DNA from: Candidatus Lightella neohaematopini
GTDB taxonomy: Bacteria > Pseudomonadota > Gammaproteobacteria > Enterobacterales > Enterobacteriaceae
Direction: 5' to 3'
Assembly: GCA_025728545.1 (NCBI GenBank)
Contig: JAOBJL010000002.1
Location: 44,178 to 108,177, forward strand
DNA length: 64,000 nucleotides
This document shows positions 38,888-49,719 of this stretch, one piece after another. Each line of letters starts with the position of its first letter. Position 1 is the first letter of the stretch. The notes under the pieces were generated by a model that saw nothing but the letters and a program-made list of their open reading frames with translations, was not told the DNA's origin and did not search any database. A program made the position numbers and the translations under genes.

Positions 38888-39487
38888 ATGTATAATAATA
38901 TAATAGATAATTTAGTAAAAATATTAAAAACCCTACCAGGTATTGGACCTAAATCAGCACAAAGAATAATGTTCTTTTTGTTAAAAAATAAAAAGATAGG
39001 AATAGATTTATATAAATCATTAAATGATATAATGTTAAAAATTAATCAGTGTGCTATGTGTTTTAATTTTACTGTAAAAGATATTTGTAATATTTGTTCT
39101 AATCAAGAAAGAATAAATTATAAACAAATTTGTGTTGTAGAAAATCCTGCAGATGTGGTTGCAATAGAACAAACTGGTCAATTTTCTGGATTATATTTTA
39201 TATTATTTGGTTGTTTATCACCAATAGATGGTATTAAATCTAGTGATATTAACTTAAATATACTAGAAAATAGATTAAAAAAAGATGTAGTAAAAGAAGT
39301 TATCATTGCTACCAGTTCTACTGTAGAAGGTGAGATTACTAGTAACTACATTGCTGGAATTTGTAAAAATTATAATATTACTGTTAGTCGTATTGCTTAT
39401 GGTATACCAGTAGGTAGTGAAATAGAATCAATAGATTTTAATACTTTATCTTATTCTATAATTAGAAGATATAAAATTAATTTTTGA
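38888..39487 (+). CDS. recR: Recombination protein RecR
   Basis: The 199 aa product has the HhH motif LPGIGPKSAQR, the zinc finger CAMC...CNIC and the Toprim region ICVVENPADVVAIE. Confidence 0.95.
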   Translation: MYNNIIDNLVKILKTLPGIGPKSAQRIMFFLLKNKKIGIDLYKSLNDIMLKINQCAMCFNFTVKDICNICSNQERINYKQICVVENPADVVAIEQTGQFSGLYFILFGCLSPIDGIKSSDINLNILENRLKKDVVKEVIIATSSTVEGEITSNYIAGICKNYNITVSRIAYGIPVGSEIESIDFNTLSYSIIRRYKINF

Positions 39488-39521
39488 TAAAATAAATTAC
39501 TAATAAATTTAGGTGATTCAT

Positions 39522-41384
39522 ATGAATAATAAAGAAGTACGTGGTTTCCAATCTGAAACTAAACAGATATTAAATATAATGATTAATTCTTTATACTCGA
39601 ATAAAGAAATTTTTTTACGTGAGTTAATATCTAACGCATCAGATGCAATAGATAAATTAAAATTTTTAATTTTATCTAAACCTGAATTATATAAATATGA
39701 TAATAATAATTTTTGTATAATGGTATCGTTTAATAAAATTGATCGTTCTATTATTATAGACGATAATGGTATTGGTATGAGTTATGACGAAGTAATAAAT
39801 AATTTAGGAACAATTGCTAAATCTGGGACAAAGGAGTTTATTAAATTAAAAGAATTTGAAAATAAACTAGATAATAATTTTATTGGTCATTTTGGCGTTG
39901 GGTTTTATTCATCATTTATTGTAGCTAGTAAAGTAGTTGTACATACCAAATCATTTAATGATAATAATGGTGTATTATGGGAATCAGATGGTAAAGATAA
40001 ATATACTATTAATTATTTAGATAAATCTAGTCATGGTACTAAAGTTATATTATATTTAAAAGATAGTGAAGAAGAATTTCTTGATTATTGGAGATTAAAA
40101 AATATTATAAATAAGTATTCTGATCATATTCAATTACCAATTAAATTACAGCATTATAGTAATAAAGGTAATAATATTTGGAAACAAATTAATCAGGCAA
40201 AGGCTATATGGACTCGTAATAAGTTAGAAATTAAAGATAATGAATATATAGAATTTTACAAACATATTACTGGAGATAATAATGATCCATTATATTGGCA
40301 ACATAGTTTTATTGAAGGTAAACAGGAATATACTATATTATTATATATTCCTAGTAAACTTACATATAATCCTTGGCAACATGAACAAAAGAATGGTTTA
40401 AAATTATATGTAAGACGTATATTTATTATGGATAATGTTAGTAGTTTTTTACCAAATTATTTACGTTTTATAAGAGGTATTATAGATTCTAATGATTTAC
40501 CACTTAATGTATCTCGTGAAATATTACAAGAAAATGAAATAATAAATAAAATAAAGAATAGTATTACAAAGAAAGTACTTAGTATGCTAGAAAAATTAGC
40601 AAAAAATGATGAAAATAAATATAAAATTTTTTGGAAGCAATTTAGATTAATTTTTAAAGAAGGTTTAGCTGAAGATTTTAAGAATAAAAAATTATTGTCT
40701 AGTTTATTAAGATTTTCACATACAAATGGTAAGGATCAAAATGATTATATATCATTAGATACATATGTTAGTTTTATGAAACAAGAACAAAGTAAAATAT
40801 ACTATATTATTGCTAGTAGTTATAATTCAGCTAAATATAGTCCACATATAGAAATTTTAGAAAAAAATAACATTGTAGTATTATTACTATTTGATACAGT
40901 TGATGAATGGATAATTAATTATATTAATGATTTTAACGGTAAAAAATTACATCTAGTTAGTAAAGAAGATGATTTAATAAATCAATATGCTAATAATGAA
41001 AATAGAATACATTTAGAAGATTCAACTGAATCTTCTAATATTTTCATTTCTCGAGTAAAACATTATTTAGGTAATAAAGTAATTGACGTTAAATTCACAA
41101 AAAAATTAGTAACATCACCAGTAGCATTAATAAATGAAGATAATAGTATAACTACTCAAATGGCTAAATTACTAAAGAATAGTGGCCAATCTATACCAAA
41201 AATAAAATATATTTTACTAATTAACTATAAACACAAAATAATTAATAAAATATCTTATATAAAAGATAATGATAAATTTAATCAATGGATTGAATTATTA
41301 TTTAATCAAGCATTGTTAATGGAAAGTAATTATTTAGATAATCCAGGAATTTTTGTGAAAATTATTAATCAATTATTAGTTTAA
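39522..41384 (+). CDS. htpG: Chaperone HtpG (Hsp90)
   Basis: [42 protein letters not shown] matches E. coli [42 protein letters not shown]. The ATG at 39522 is preceded by AGGTGA. The track ORF starts 3 codons earlier at GTG. Confidence 0.95.
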   Translation: [620 protein letters not shown]

Positions 41385-41400
41385 ATATTTTATTTTGTGT

Positions 41401-42051
41401 ATGAAAAACATTAATATTATTTTTATTGGTGCTCCAGGAACTGGTAAAGGTACGCAATCTGAATTAATTAGTAAAATATATGATATACCTAAAATTTCTG
41501 TGGGTGAATTATTACGTAAAATAATTAATAATAATAATATATCTAATAAAATTAAATTAGGTAACTTAATACCAGACAATATAGTGTGTGATATAGTTAA
41601 AACTCGTCTTTACAAAAATGACTGTGATAATGGTTTTATATTAGATGGTTTTCCTAGAAATATTAATCAGGCTCAGTATTTAACTATTAATAATATTAAA
41701 ATTAATTTTGTTTTTAATATTAAATTATCATACAAGATTATTATTAAACGCTTATTAGGTAGACGTATACATAGACCATCTGGTAGAATATATCATATAA
41801 AATATAATCCTCCATTAACATATGGAGTAGATAATATTACTAATGAGCAATTAGTATTAAGAAAAGATGATAATATTAAAGTTATTAAGCATAGATTAAA
41901 AATTCATAGTGAACAAATTGGTAATATAATTAATTACTATAAACAGGAAGTAAAATTAGGAAATATAATATCATATAAAGAAATAGATGGATTTAGATCA
42001 ATTAATTTAATTTCATCAGAAATAGTTAATATTATTAATTCTTTTTCTTAA
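41401..42051 (+). CDS. adk: Adenylate kinase
   Basis: The product starts [19 protein letters not shown] (P-loop) and contains FILDGFPRN and GRRIH.PSGRIYH. The track ORF starts 2 codons earlier at TTG. Confidence 0.95.
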   Translation: MKNINIIFIGAPGTGKGTQSELISKIYDIPKISVGELLRKIINNNNISNKIKLGNLIPDNIVCDIVKTRLYKNDCDNGFILDGFPRNINQAQYLTINNIKINFVFNIKLSYKIIIKRLLGRRIHRPSGRIYHIKYNPPLTYGVDNITNEQLVLRKDDNIKVIKHRLKIHSEQIGNIINYYKQEVKLGNIISYKEIDGFRSINLISSEIVNIINSFS

Positions 42052-42958
42052 CATCTAATTTATTTGAATTTAGTAATTCAGCAATTCCACTAATCGTACT
42101 AATAAGATTAGTTGTATCTAGTGGCATCATAATAATTTTATTATTTTTAGATGTACCTATGTTACTTAATGCTTCAGTATATTTTTGAGCTATAAAATAA
42201 TTTATAGCTTGTATATTACCTAAAGATATAGCCTCAGAAACAATTTGAGTAGCATGAGCTTCAGCTTCAGCTGATCTTTCTCTAGCTTCAGCTTTAAGAA
42301 TTTGGGATTGTTTTTCTCCCTCAGCTTTAAGAATTTGGGATTGTTTTTCTCCCTCAGCTTTAAGAATTTGGGATTGTCTTATACCTTCAGCTTCTAGTAT
42401 CTCAGCTCTTTTAGTACGTTCTGCTTTCATTTGAGCATTCATAGCATTTATCATTTCTGCTGGTGGTTTTATATCTCTAATTTCTACTCTTGTAATTTTT
42501 ATACCCCAATTATTAGTAGCACTATCAATAATCTTTAATAATTGTATATTTATATTATCTCTTTGTGATAACATTTCATCTAATTCCATTGATCCTAATA
42601 CTGTACGAATATTAGTCATAGTTAAATTTAATATTGCCTGATTTAAATTACTTACCTTATAAGCAGCTTGAGCTGCATTAATTACTTGAATAAAACAGAC
42701 AGCATCTATTTTTACATTAGCATTATCTTTAGATATTATCTCTTGTGATGGAATATCTAATACTTGTTCCATCATATTTATTTTGTGACCAATCCTATCC
42801 ATAAATGGTATGATTAAATTCAATCCAGGTTTCAATATTTGAATAAAACGACCAAATCTTTCTATTGTCCATTGATAACCTTGAGGAACAATTTTTACAC
42901 TATTAACAATAATTAATAATACTATAACAAATACTAATAATAATAACATTAATATCAT
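42035..42958 (-). CDS. qmcA: SPFH/band-7 membrane protein QmcA (YbbK)
   Basis: The 307 aa product is very similar to E. coli QmcA throughout. Examples are [51 protein letters not shown] and [19 protein letters not shown]. Confidence 0.9.
   Translation of the reverse strand: MILMLLLLVFVIVLLIIVNSVKIVPQGYQWTIERFGRFIQILKPGLNLIIPFMDRIGHKINMMEQVLDIPSQEIISKDNANVKIDAVCFIQVINAAQAAYKVSNLNQAILNLTMTNIRTVLGSMELDEMLSQRDNINIQLLKIIDSATNNWGIKITRVEIRDIKPPAEMINAMNAQMKAERTKRAEILEAEGIRQSQILKAEGEKQSQILKAEGEKQSQILKAEARERSAEAEAHATQIVSEAISLGNIQAINYFIAQKYTEALSNIGTSKNNKIIMMPLDTTNLISTISGIAELLNSNKLDVKKKN
42291..42389. repeat. 33-bp tandem repeat inside qmcA (two identical units plus a third sharing its first 21 nt)
   Basis: The unit GCTTTAAGAATTTGGGATTGTTTTTCTCCCTCA occurs at 42291-42323 and again, 33/33 identical, at 42324-42356. 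A third unit at 42357-42389 starts with an identical 21 nt and then diverges. The units encode the 11-aa repeats ([11 protein letters not shown]) x2 plus [11 protein letters not shown]. Confidence 0.9.
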
Positions 42959-43016
42959 TCCTATTTAATAAAATTAATATACTATTAGTAATATAATCAG
43001 TATAGTATATAATAAT

Positions 43017-44309
43017 TTATAAATAAGTCAATCCATTCATATATGATCTTAATATTTTTGGTATCTTAATTTTACCATCAGATTGTTGATAATTTTCCAT
43101 AATAGCTATTAATGTTCTACCAATAGCTAAACCAGAACCATTAATGATATGTACTAAATCTAATTTATTACTTATTGAATTTCTATAACGAATTTTCATT
43201 CTTCTAGCTTGAAAATCACTTGTGTTTGAACAAGAAGATATTTCTTTGTACATTTTACTAGCTGGTAACCATACTTCTAAATCATAAGTTTTACATGAAG
43301 TAAATCCTGTATCACCTGTACATAATAATATTTTTCTATACGGTAAATTTAATAATTTTAATATTTTTTCAGCATGATTTGTTAAATTTTCTAAGGCTTG
43401 AATGGAATTTTCTGGTTTAACAAATTGTATCATTTCTACTTTATCAAATTGATGCATACGAATTAATCCTTTAGTATCTTGTCCATATGCACCTGCTTCT
43501 GCTCTAAAACAAGGAGTACAAGCAACCATCTTTATTGGTAATTTATTTTCTTCGATAATTTTATTACGCATAATATTTATTAATGGAACTTCAGCAGTTG
43601 GAATTAAAGCATAAGATTTATCATTACTAATAGATTTATTAGTAAAATGTGTATAGAATAAATCACTACTAAATTTTGGTAATTGACCAGCACCATATAA
43701 TGATTCAAAATTTACTAAATATGGTACATAATATTCTACGTAGTTATGTAGTTTTGTATGTATATCTAACATAAATTGAGATAACATTCTATATAAACGA
43801 GCAATATTATTTTTCATTACTACAAATCTAGAACCAGTTATTTTAGCAGCTAATGAAAAATCTAAATCACCACTATTTTTACCTAAGTCAACATGATTTT
43901 TTAATAGTTTATTATAGTTAATTTCATTTCCCCATTTTAATATTTCTTTATTAAAACTTTTATTATTTCCAATAGGAACATCATCATTAGTAATATTAGG
44001 TATTAATAATTCATAATTACGAATAGAATTTTTTAATAAATCTAATTCTACTTTAGTGTCTTTTAATTTTTTACGAATTTTAATAACTTCTTGACATAAA
44101 GAAGTAATATTCTCTCCATTAGATTTCATAATACTAATTTTTCTAGATTTAGAATTTCTTTCTGCTTGTAATTTTTCTACTTTTAATTGTAGAACTTTCC
44201 TGTATTTTTCTTGTTTTTTTAATGTTTTAATATCTAATTTAAACTGTCTATAATTTAATTTTTTAGCAGTTAAGTATATTTTTTCTTTTAATAAATTTTT
44301 GTCTAACAT
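43017..44309 (-). CDS. serS: Seryl-tRNA synthetase
   Basis: The product is 430 aa, the same length as in E. coli. It has an N-terminal coiled-coil arm and the class II motifs ..TPCFRAEAGAYG.DT.GLIRMHQF.KVE.. and NGSGLAIGRT. Confidence 0.95.
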   Translation of the reverse strand: MLDKNLLKEKIYLTAKKLNYRQFKLDIKTLKKQEKYRKVLQLKVEKLQAERNSKSRKISIMKSNGENITSLCQEVIKIRKKLKDTKVELDLLKNSIRNYELLIPNITNDDVPIGNNKSFNKEILKWGNEINYNKLLKNHVDLGKNSGDLDFSLAAKITGSRFVVMKNNIARLYRMLSQFMLDIHTKLHNYVEYYVPYLVNFESLYGAGQLPKFSSDLFYTHFTNKSISNDKSYALIPTAEVPLINIMRNKIIEENKLPIKMVACTPCFRAEAGAYGQDTKGLIRMHQFDKVEMIQFVKPENSIQALENLTNHAEKILKLLNLPYRKILLCTGDTGFTSCKTYDLEVWLPASKMYKEISSCSNTSDFQARRMKIRYRNSISNKLDLVHIINGSGLAIGRTLIAIMENYQQSDGKIKIPKILRSYMNGLTYL

Positions 44310-44536
44310 AATCGTATTTACTTTTAAATAAACAAATAATATTATAGATTATTAGTTATAATCAATATAGTAATAACTAACATATTTATATTAAAATAAT
44401 TAATTTAACTAAAAATTAATCGATTATAAATTAAATTTTTGTTTAATAATATAATAATAAATTAATTATTTATATCAATTAGATAAAGTAATAATAAATT
44501 TAATATTACTAAAATAAAGTTATATTTTATAAAATA

Positions 44537-45442
44537 ATGAATAGATTTAAAATTTCTGGTAATATAGTAGCATTAATTACTCCAATGGATAAATATGGAA
44601 AAATAGATAAGTATAGTTTAAAAAATTTAATTAATTATCACTGTAACAATAAAACTAATGCATTACTAATTACTGGTACTACTGGTGAATTTTTTACTCT
44701 TGATTATGAAGAACGCAAACAATTATTGCTATGGACTTTAGAATTTAATAAAGACAGATTACCTATTATAGTTGGTATTGGATCAAGTTCTACACATCAG
44801 GCAATAAAAATTATGAAATACTTTCAATGCTATGATATATCATCTTATTTAAGTATTACCCCGTATTATATATGTCCAAGTCAATATGGTATTTATCAAC
44901 ATTTTAAAACTATTTCCGAACATGTTAGTATACCACAATTAATATATAATAATCCTAAAAGATCTGGTTGTGATATTTTACCAAAAACAATAATTAAATT
45001 ATCTAAAATAGATAATATTATTGGTATTAAGGAAACTGTACCAGATATAAATCGAATTAAAATTATTAGTAACATGACTAATAATTTCTCTATATTAAAT
45101 GGTAATGATGATAATATATTATCTTTTATGATATCTGGTGGCAATGGAGTTATATCAGTATTATCTAATATTGCTACTAATGAAATATCTTCACTAATTA
45201 AACTAATAAACGACAAAGAGTATCATAAGGCTAAATTAATTTTTAATGATTTATTACCATTATGTAAAATATTAACATCAATAGCACCAAATCCAGTACC
45301 AATAAAATGGATTTGTAAGGAACTTGGATTAATATCCTCAGATACTATTAGATTACCACTAACTAAATTATCAAATAATAAAAAAACTATACTACGTAGT
45401 ATAGTTTCAAAAACTAAATTAGATATACTAAATAATAATTAA
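44537..45442 (+). CDS. dapA: 4-hydroxy-tetrahydrodipicolinate synthase
   Basis: The 301 aa product contains GNIVALITPMD, GTTGEF, ITPYY, LIYNNPKRSG and the Schiff-base Lys in IIGIKE. PNPVPIKWICKELGL matches E. coli PNPIPVKWACKELGL. Confidence 0.9.
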   Translation: MNRFKISGNIVALITPMDKYGKIDKYSLKNLINYHCNNKTNALLITGTTGEFFTLDYEERKQLLLWTLEFNKDRLPIIVGIGSSSTHQAIKIMKYFQCYDISSYLSITPYYICPSQYGIYQHFKTISEHVSIPQLIYNNPKRSGCDILPKTIIKLSKIDNIIGIKETVPDINRIKIISNMTNNFSILNGNDDNILSFMISGGNGVISVLSNIATNEISSLIKLINDKEYHKAKLIFNDLLPLCKILTSIAPNPVPIKWICKELGLISSDTIRLPLTKLSNNKKTILRSIVSKTKLDILNNN

Positions 45443-45455
45443 TTACCATAAAAAA

Positions 45456-45529
<74 letters not shown>

Positions 45530-45605
45530 ATAAATTATTATTAATAAACAAAATTAATGTTAAGTATAATAATATTAAATATATAAATGTCAAATCATTA
45601 TTTAA

Positions 45606-46439
45606 TTAATTTCTTAAAATACTATTTAATTTTATTTTATTTTTAGTTTTATCATCTACTTTCTTTATTATAATAGCACAATAAACATTATACTTACCAT
45701 CTTCTGATGGTAAACTACCAGGTATAACGACAGATTTTGCTGGTATTTTTCCGTAACTAATAGTATTAGTATATTTATTATATATCTTTGTACTTTTTCC
45801 TATAAATACTCCCATTGAAATTACTGATGATTCTTCTACTATTACTCCTTCAACAATTTCTGAACGGGCTCCTATAAAACAATTATCTTCTATAATAGTT
45901 GGATTATTATTAATTGGTTCTAATACTCCTCCAATTCCGACTCCACCTGATATATGAACATTTTTACCTATCTGTGCACAAGAACCAATTGTTGCCCAAG
46001 TATCTATCATAGTACCTTCATCTACAAAAGCACCTATGTTTATGTATGATGGCATAATAATTGTGTTCTTAGCAATATAAGCACCATATCTAATATTAGC
46101 TAAAGGGACTACACGAATATTTAAATTATAAAATTTATTATAGTCCCAATTACTAAATTTTAATGGTATTTTATCAAAATATTTTAATTCATTTATATTA
46201 TTTATTTTACTTTTATTTGTATAAAAGTACAATAGTAAAGCTTTTTTTACCCAATTAAAGGTAACCCACTTTTTATTATTTAATTTTTTTGATACACGTA
46301 ATATTCCAGTATCTAATAACGATATTACTTTATTTATTATAATTTGTTCTTTAGTATTAAAATTAATAAAATTATTTTTTTTATAATCACAAAAAATTTT
46401 ATTAATTTTACTTTTTAAATATTTAAATACATTGCTCAT
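45606..46439 (-). CDS. dapD: Tetrahydrodipicolinate N-succinyltransferase
   Basis: The product is 277 aa from the ATG at 46439 ([12 protein letters not shown]..). [48 protein letters not shown] is almost identical to E. coli DapD. The track ORF extends 26 codons further upstream and would overlap map. That extension has no counterpart in E. coli DapD (274 aa). Confidence 0.95.
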   Translation of the reverse strand: MSNVFKYLKSKINKIFCDYKKNNFINFNTKEQIIINKVISLLDTGILRVSKKLNNKKWVTFNWVKKALLLYFYTNKSKINNINELKYFDKIPLKFSNWDYNKFYNLNIRVVPLANIRYGAYIAKNTIIMPSYINIGAFVDEGTMIDTWATIGSCAQIGKNVHISGGVGIGGVLEPINNNPTIIEDNCFIGARSEIVEGVIVEESSVISMGVFIGKSTKIYNKYTNTISYGKIPAKSVVIPGSLPSEDGKYNVYCAIIIKKVDDKTKNKIKLNSILRN

Positions 46440-46482
46440 TTTTATATTATTAAATAATAAATTATTTATATTAAAACTAATG

Positions 46483-47280
46483 TTAATAATGATTAATAAT
46501 TTTTGGAATATTATCATCTGATCTTAATGTAAGTACTTCGCATCCGTTATTAGTAACTAATAATGTGTGCTCATACTGAGCAGAAAGACTATTATCTTTA
46601 GTTTTTACTGTCCAGCCATCATTAGCAATATATACATCATGTTTACCAATATTTATCATAGGTTCTACTGTAAAAATCATACCAGGTTTTAGTATATAAT
46701 TACAATTATCATTATCATAATGAAGAATTTGTGGTGGTTCATGAAAATTTTTTCCTATACCATGACCACAATAATCTCTAACTACAGAAAAATTGTTAGA
46801 TTCTACAAATTTTTGTATTACTTTACCTAATTTATTTAATTTTATACCTGGCTTAATTGTTTTTATAGCTAAATATAAACTTTGTTTAGCAACGTCACAT
46901 AACCTTTTTGATATTTTATTAGTTTTACCAACAATAAACATTTTTGATGTGTCACTATAAAAACCATCTTTAATAATAGCTACATCTATATTTAAAATAT
47001 CACCATCTTTTAGTTTTTCTTCATCATTAGGAATTCCGTGACACACAACTTCATTAATAGAAACACAAATAGATTTTGGAAATCCACAATAATTTAATGT
47101 AGCACAAGCTGCTTTTTTTTCATTTACTATATAATTATGGCACAGATCATTTAATTGATTTGTACTTACTCCTGGAAGAATATAAGGCTCAATCATTTCT
47201 AGTACTTTTGCTGCTATTTTACCAGCTATACGCATTTTATTAATTTCATACGTATTTTTAATATAGTTAAAATTATTCAT
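46483..47280 (-). CDS. map: Methionine aminopeptidase
   Basis: The 265 aa product contains [30 protein letters not shown] and SAQYEHT, which are the metal-ligand motifs. Confidence 0.95.
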   Translation of the reverse strand: MNNFNYIKNTYEINKMRIAGKIAAKVLEMIEPYILPGVSTNQLNDLCHNYIVNEKKAACATLNYCGFPKSICVSINEVVCHGIPNDEEKLKDGDILNIDVAIIKDGFYSDTSKMFIVGKTNKISKRLCDVAKQSLYLAIKTIKPGIKLNKLGKVIQKFVESNNFSVVRDYCGHGIGKNFHEPPQILHYDNDNCNYILKPGMIFTVEPMINIGKHDVYIANDGWTVKTKDNSLSAQYEHTLLVTNNGCEVLTLRSDDNIPKIINHY

Positions 47281-47420
47281 GTTAATCTTATTAAAAATTT
47301 TTATTAGATATAATTAATACTAATTAGTATTAATTAATATTGTATATGAATTTAACTTAAAGTAAAATAATTAACAGTATTAATCTATTTATTCCAATAT
47401 TAAAACTTAAGAGAATAACA

Positions 47421-48098
47421 ATGATAAATATTTCTTTAAATGATTTAATAAAAGCTAATGTCCATTTTGGACATAAAACTAGATTTTGGAATCCAAAAAT
47501 GAAACCATTTATATTCACTACTTATAGTGGTATTCATATTATTAATTTAGAAAAAACATTAACTTTATTTAAAATAGCTTTATTCGAATTAAATAATATT
47601 CATAAAAATAATGGAAAAATATTATTTGTTGGTACTAAAAAAGCAGCTAGTTCTTTAATTAAAGAAACTGCTATTAATTGTAAACAATTTTTTATACACA
47701 AAAGATGGTTAGGTGGCATGTTAACTAATTGGAAAACTGTACGACAATCTATAAAATCATTAAAAGATCTAGAAATTCAATTTCATGATGGTACCATTAA
47801 TAAACTTACTAAAAAAGAAATTTTATTTAAATCCAAAAAATTAAATAAATTAGAATATAGTTTAGGTGGAATTAAAAATATGGGTGGGTTACCAGATGCT
47901 TTGTTTGTTATAGATGTTGAATATGAACGTACAGCTGTTAAAGAAGCTAATAATATTGGTATTCCAGTATTTGGAATTGTAGATACAAATGCTAATCCAG
48001 ATGGAGTTAACTTTATTATTCCAGGAAATGATGATGCCATAAAATCTATTAAATTGTATTTAAAATTAGTATCAGATACTTTAAATAATATTAAATAA
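47421..48098 (+). CDS. rpsB: 30S ribosomal protein S2
   Basis: The 225 aa product contains [37 protein letters not shown] and [12 protein letters not shown]. Confidence 0.95.
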   Translation: MINISLNDLIKANVHFGHKTRFWNPKMKPFIFTTYSGIHIINLEKTLTLFKIALFELNNIHKNNGKILFVGTKKAASSLIKETAINCKQFFIHKRWLGGMLTNWKTVRQSIKSLKDLEIQFHDGTINKLTKKEILFKSKKLNKLEYSLGGIKNMGGLPDALFVIDVEYERTAVKEANNIGIPVFGIVDTNANPDGVNFIIPGNDDAIKSIKLYLKLVSDTLNNIK

Positions 48099-48139
48099 AT
48101 AATTTAAATAAAAATAAAATTTTTATTTTTGGGGCATGT

Positions 48140-48952
48140 ATGATTTTTTTAGATACTAATTCAATTAAAAAATTACGTAATATCACTGGTGCTGGTATTT
48201 TAATGTGTAAAGAAGCATTAATTAAATCAAATGGTAATATAGAACAAGCTATAGATATAATTAGAATATTAGGTAAATCGATATCAACAAAAAAATCTAT
48301 AAATAGTACTAATTTCGGTGCAATTTTTATTAAAACTAATAAAACTAAAAAAATAGGTGTAATGTTAGAATTATGTTGTGAAACTGATTTTGTTAGTAAC
48401 AATATTAATTTTATAGAATTAGGTAATATAATTATCAGTATAATGTTACAACATAATACTGATGATATAGATTTTATTAGAAATAAATCTGATAATTATA
48501 TTAATTCATTAGTATTACAAGTTAATGAAAATATTACTATTAAAAAAACTAGTATAGTTTATGGTGATATTGTTTCTTATTACTTACATAGTAATAAGAA
48601 AATTGGTGTTTTATTATCGATAAAAACTAGTAACTTTAATAATATTAAATTACCAAAAATGTTAGCTATGCATATAGCAGCCTATAATCCTAAATATATT
48701 AGTGATAACGATATTCCAATTAGTATTTTAAATAAGGAATATAAAATTCAGTATAATATTGCTAAGAAATATGATAAACCTATTAATATAGTAAAAAGAA
48801 TAATAGATAATAAAATGTTACAATTTAAAAAAGATTTATCTCTACTAAATCAAATTATAATAAATAATGATAGCAAAATAATAAAAGATTTAATTAATGA
48901 AAATAATTATACAATTAATAATTTTATTAGATTTGAAATTGGTAATAATTAA
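48140..48952 (+). CDS. tsf: Elongation factor Ts
   Basis: The 270 aa product has the N-terminal UBA-like motif IKKLRNITGAGILMCKEAL..SNGNIEQAI, plus CETDFV and a C-terminal FIRFEIG. Confidence 0.9.
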   Translation: MIFLDTNSIKKLRNITGAGILMCKEALIKSNGNIEQAIDIIRILGKSISTKKSINSTNFGAIFIKTNKTKKIGVMLELCCETDFVSNNINFIELGNIIISIMLQHNTDDIDFIRNKSDNYINSLVLQVNENITIKKTSIVYGDIVSYYLHSNKKIGVLLSIKTSNFNNIKLPKMLAMHIAAYNPKYISDNDIPISILNKEYKIQYNIAKKYDKPINIVKRIIDNKMLQFKKDLSLLNQIIINNDSKIIKDLINENNYTINNFIRFEIGNN

Positions 48953-48981
48953 TTATTTATATTACAAACTAAATATAGTTT

Positions 48982-49707
48982 ATGATTATTAAAAAATCAT
49001 TGATATATAACAAAATAATAATAAAAATTAGTGGTGAAGTATTAAAAAATAATTCTGGTAGTAACATAGATACTTTTCTAATAAAAAATATATCTCAAGA
49101 AATAAAAGAATTGGTTAATATGGGAGTAAAGATTGGTTTAGTTGTTGGTGGGGGTAATTTTTATAGAGGTTTAAGTTTAAATAAAATAGGTATTAGTATA
49201 GTTAATAGTCATTATGTTGGAATGTTATCTACTATTATAAATGGATTAATATTTTGTGATATTTTAGAAAATATGAATGTTAGTACAAAATTAATATCAA
49301 ATGTTTCTATTAATAATATATGTAATTCATATAGTCATAGAGATATAATAGAATTTTTGGAAAAAAAGTATGTATTAATTTTTGTTGCTGGAACAGGTAA
49401 TCCATTTTTTACTACAGATTCAGCTGCTTGTCTTAGAGGAATAGAAATAAATGCTAATATTATATTAAAAGCTACTAAAGTTGATGGTGTCTTTTCTAAA
49501 GATCCAATAAAATATTCTGATGCTATTATGTATAATCATATTACTTATAAAGATATTTTAAAAAATAAATTAGAAGTTATGGATTTAACTGCTTTTACTT
49601 TAGCTAAAGAACATCGTATGGTACTTCGTATATTTAATATTAAAAAAAATGGTATATTAAAAAAGATCATTACCGGTTCTCAAGAAGGTACTTTAATTAC
49701 TGAATAA
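48982..49707 (+). CDS. pyrH: UMP kinase
   Basis: The product is 241 aa, the same length as in E. coli. It contains IIKISGEVL, VVGGGNFYRG, GTGNPFFTTDSAA and ATKVDGVFSKDP. Confidence 0.95.
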   Translation: MIIKKSLIYNKIIIKISGEVLKNNSGSNIDTFLIKNISQEIKELVNMGVKIGLVVGGGNFYRGLSLNKIGISIVNSHYVGMLSTIINGLIFCDILENMNVSTKLISNVSINNICNSYSHRDIIEFLEKKYVLIFVAGTGNPFFTTDSAACLRGIEINANIILKATKVDGVFSKDPIKYSDAIMYNHITYKDILKNKLEVMDLTAFTLAKEHRMVLRIFNIKKNGILKKIITGSQEGTLITE

Positions 49708-49719
49708 TAATTAACTAAT

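Noticed and set aside
41376-41579. A 67-aa minus-strand ORF.
   Set aside because: It is antisense to the adk 5' region and the htpG end, and has no support.
44896-45216. A 106-aa minus-strand ORF.
   Set aside because: It is antisense to and nested within dapA. The Ile/Leu/Ser-rich product is the mirror image of the dapA codons.
46440-46517. A 26-codon N-terminal extension of dapD in the ORF track, which would overlap map by 35 nt.
   Set aside because: E. coli DapD is 274 aa, and the alignment begins at the internal Met (MSNVFKYL.., ATG at 46439). The extension is low-complexity read-through of the spacer.
47783-48040. An 85-aa minus-strand ORF.
   Set aside because: It is antisense to and nested within rpsB.
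48106-48128. A hairpin AAATAAAAAT-AAA-ATTTTTATTT between rpsB and tsf. E. coli has an attenuator-like structure at this position.
   Set aside because: The stem is entirely A:T, so it is thermodynamically weak, and it is statistically unremarkable in this composition.
48091-48402. A 103-aa minus-strand ORF.
   Set aside because: It is antisense to the tsf 5' half. The product is hydrophobic and low-complexity with no homolog-like motifs.
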